Of a stretch of 63,767 bases of DNA, positions 61,750 through 63,767 are shown one piece after another. Each line of letters begins with the position of its first letter. Positions within the stretch are counted from its first letter, which is position 1. The stretch spans positions 36,587,729 to 36,651,495 of the forward strand of contig JARFYF010000112.1 in NCBI GenBank assembly GCA_030265395.1, written 5' to 3'. Below the pieces are notes generated by a model, which worked only from the letters and a program-made list of their open reading frames with translations, made no database searches and had not been told where the DNA came from. Source of the DNA: Rhina ancylostomus (Eukaryota). The translations under genes were made by a program, and so were the position numbers.

Positions 61750-63767
61750 ACAATCATCTGAGAGAAAAAAAAATTCACCTCTTCTCTGTGGTAAATATTT
61801 GACCCCCTATTTTTAAACAGTAAATCTAAGTTCCAGACTATTCCGCAAGAGGAAATATTCTCTCCACATCCACCCTGTGAAGATCCCTCAAGATCTTATG
61901 TTTCATTCAAGTCCCCTCTCACTCTTCTAAACTCCACAGATACAAGCTTAGCTGTACAACCTCTCCTCATGAGACGATCTGTCCCTTCCCGATATCCACC
62001 TAGTAAACCTCCCCTGAACTGCTTCCAACACATTAACATCTTTCTTAAAACAAAGAGACCAATATTGTACATAGAACTCCAAATGAGATTTCACCAATGC
62101 CCTAAATAACTGAGGCATAATCTGCTCATTTTTATATTCAATAGCAATAAACAATAGCATTCTCTTAGCTTTAATAATTACTGCTGTCCCTGTATACTAA
62201 CCTTTTGCTAATCATGCACTTGGGCACCCAGATATGTCTGCATCTCAGACCTCTGCAGCCTACCATCATTTACATAATATGCTTCTTTCTCATTTTGCCA
62301 CTTTAGCAAATTTTGATTGGCACATTAAATATCTTCTGAAATTCTAAGTATAGTGCATCCACCATCCTCCTTTATTCACAGCACCTGTTGTTTTTTTTTC
62401 AAAGGACTCCACTAAATTGGTCAAACATGATTTCCCTTTACAAAACCATGTTGACTTTCTCTGATTACTTTGATTTTTTTTCTGGATGCCCTTCTATTAT
62501 ATCCTTAATAATAGCTTTTAGTGCTTTCCCTATGACAGATGTTAAGTTAATTTGCCTCTCATTTCCCATGTTCTGCATCCGTACCTTTTTAAATAAAGAA
62601 ATTACATTTCTACTTTGCAATCTAATGGAAACTTTCCTAACCTAGGCAATTTGGGCAATTGAAACCAACACACAAACTATCTCACAAGGCACTTTTTGTC
62701 GAGACCCTAGGATGAGATCCATCAAGACATGAAGACATGTCAGCCCACAGATCAACAGTTCGCTCAGCATCACTACCCTGGTACTTGTAATTTTTCTGAG
62801 TTCCTCATTCCCTTCCAGCCTCCCTGTTCCCTTTATTTAGCTCTGCTTCCACACCCTCATAGTTGCTCTTGTTCAAGGTTAAAATAGTAGTTCTGGACTC
62901 ATTCTTCTCTCCCTCAAGCAGAATGTATGTTTCAATCATTGTTGCAACCTTAGGGTGCCTTCATTATGAGATCATTAATTAATCCAGTCTTATTGCACTA
63001 AGCCAGATCTAATATCGCCCATTTTCTGGTTGGCTTCAAACTTGTTGTTCTAAGAAACTATCCCAAAACTACTTTATGCACTCATCGAGGCTTCCTCTGC
63101 CCATATGATTTTTCCAGAACATATAGATTAAAACTCCCATGATTATCTTTGTGACAAGCTCCCATTTTTCCTTCCTTTACCATCATGTGGTAAGTGTTGG
63201 GGAGCCAGTAAACCCCTCCCTTAAGTGACTTCTTGTCTTTATTATCTCCTATCTCCATTCAAACTGCTTCTACCCTCTTGAACTTGGTTTATCCTTCTCC
63301 ATTGCGTTAAGACCACCACTGAGACTCTTCTCCACCTAACCTATCTTCCTGCCCTTCCTAAATCTCATGATTCCAACATCAGGTCCCAGTCTATTAAGTT
63401 CTGCAGCCATATCTCTATAATGACAACCAGCTCATAGTTATTTATTTCTGTTTACACTCTCAGTTTGCCTGTTTTATTTCAATTGCTATGTGCATTCAGA
63501 TCAGAGGTTTTAGCTTTGTCCTTTTTATTATTTCCCCAGCCTTATCTACTGATTCACTCCTGGATTTCAACTCTATATCCCTGTCACATTCTGCTAATCA
63601 TTCCCCATATTAATAGCATTCTCTTTAGCCTTCAATTTATCGCATCCTCCCAACTCTGACGGTTTGCACCAACTGTTCAATTCAAAACCCTCTCTGCATC
63701 CCGAGTTTTGTGATTCACTAAAACACTGGTTCCAGCATTTGTATTCCTTCCTAATGGCATGGGTGCC
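61750..63767 (-). mobile_element. Degraded CR1 ORF2 fragments
   Basis: IEYKNEQIMPQLFRALVKSHLEFYVQYWS...LEAVQGRFTR (61948-62160), with further RT/endonuclease-like remnants to the window end. Confidence 0.7.

Overview
Eukaryotic, repeat-dense genomic DNA from a gapped scaffold. The V-SINE/HE1, DeuSINE, CR1, Rex1, L1 and Penelope content points to a cartilaginous fish, probably a ray. Recognisable host coding sequence is sparse. It consists of EARS2 coding exon 1 in a CpG-island promoter (+, 28488-28647), two intact MAU2 internal exons on the opposite strand (35832-35859, 36678-36772) with no other MAU2 or EARS2 exon found by eye, and a candidate signal-peptide exon of an unidentified minus-strand gene (14502-14553). 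Notable mobile DNA includes a degenerate retrovirus-like element with a tether plus RNase H pol and an adjacent templated fold-back hairpin (about 49.8-54.3 kb), a TSD-flanked Tf1/sushi-type chromovirus with a self-priming PBS and three LTR segments (57317-60433), and Penelope termini carrying minimal hammerhead-ribozyme motifs. A duplicated ~170-bp non-coding element with invariant blocks lies at 209-381 and 979-1161. All calls are by eye and from recalled family motifs; repeat boundaries are approximate and no searches were run. No clearly new biological system is demonstrated.
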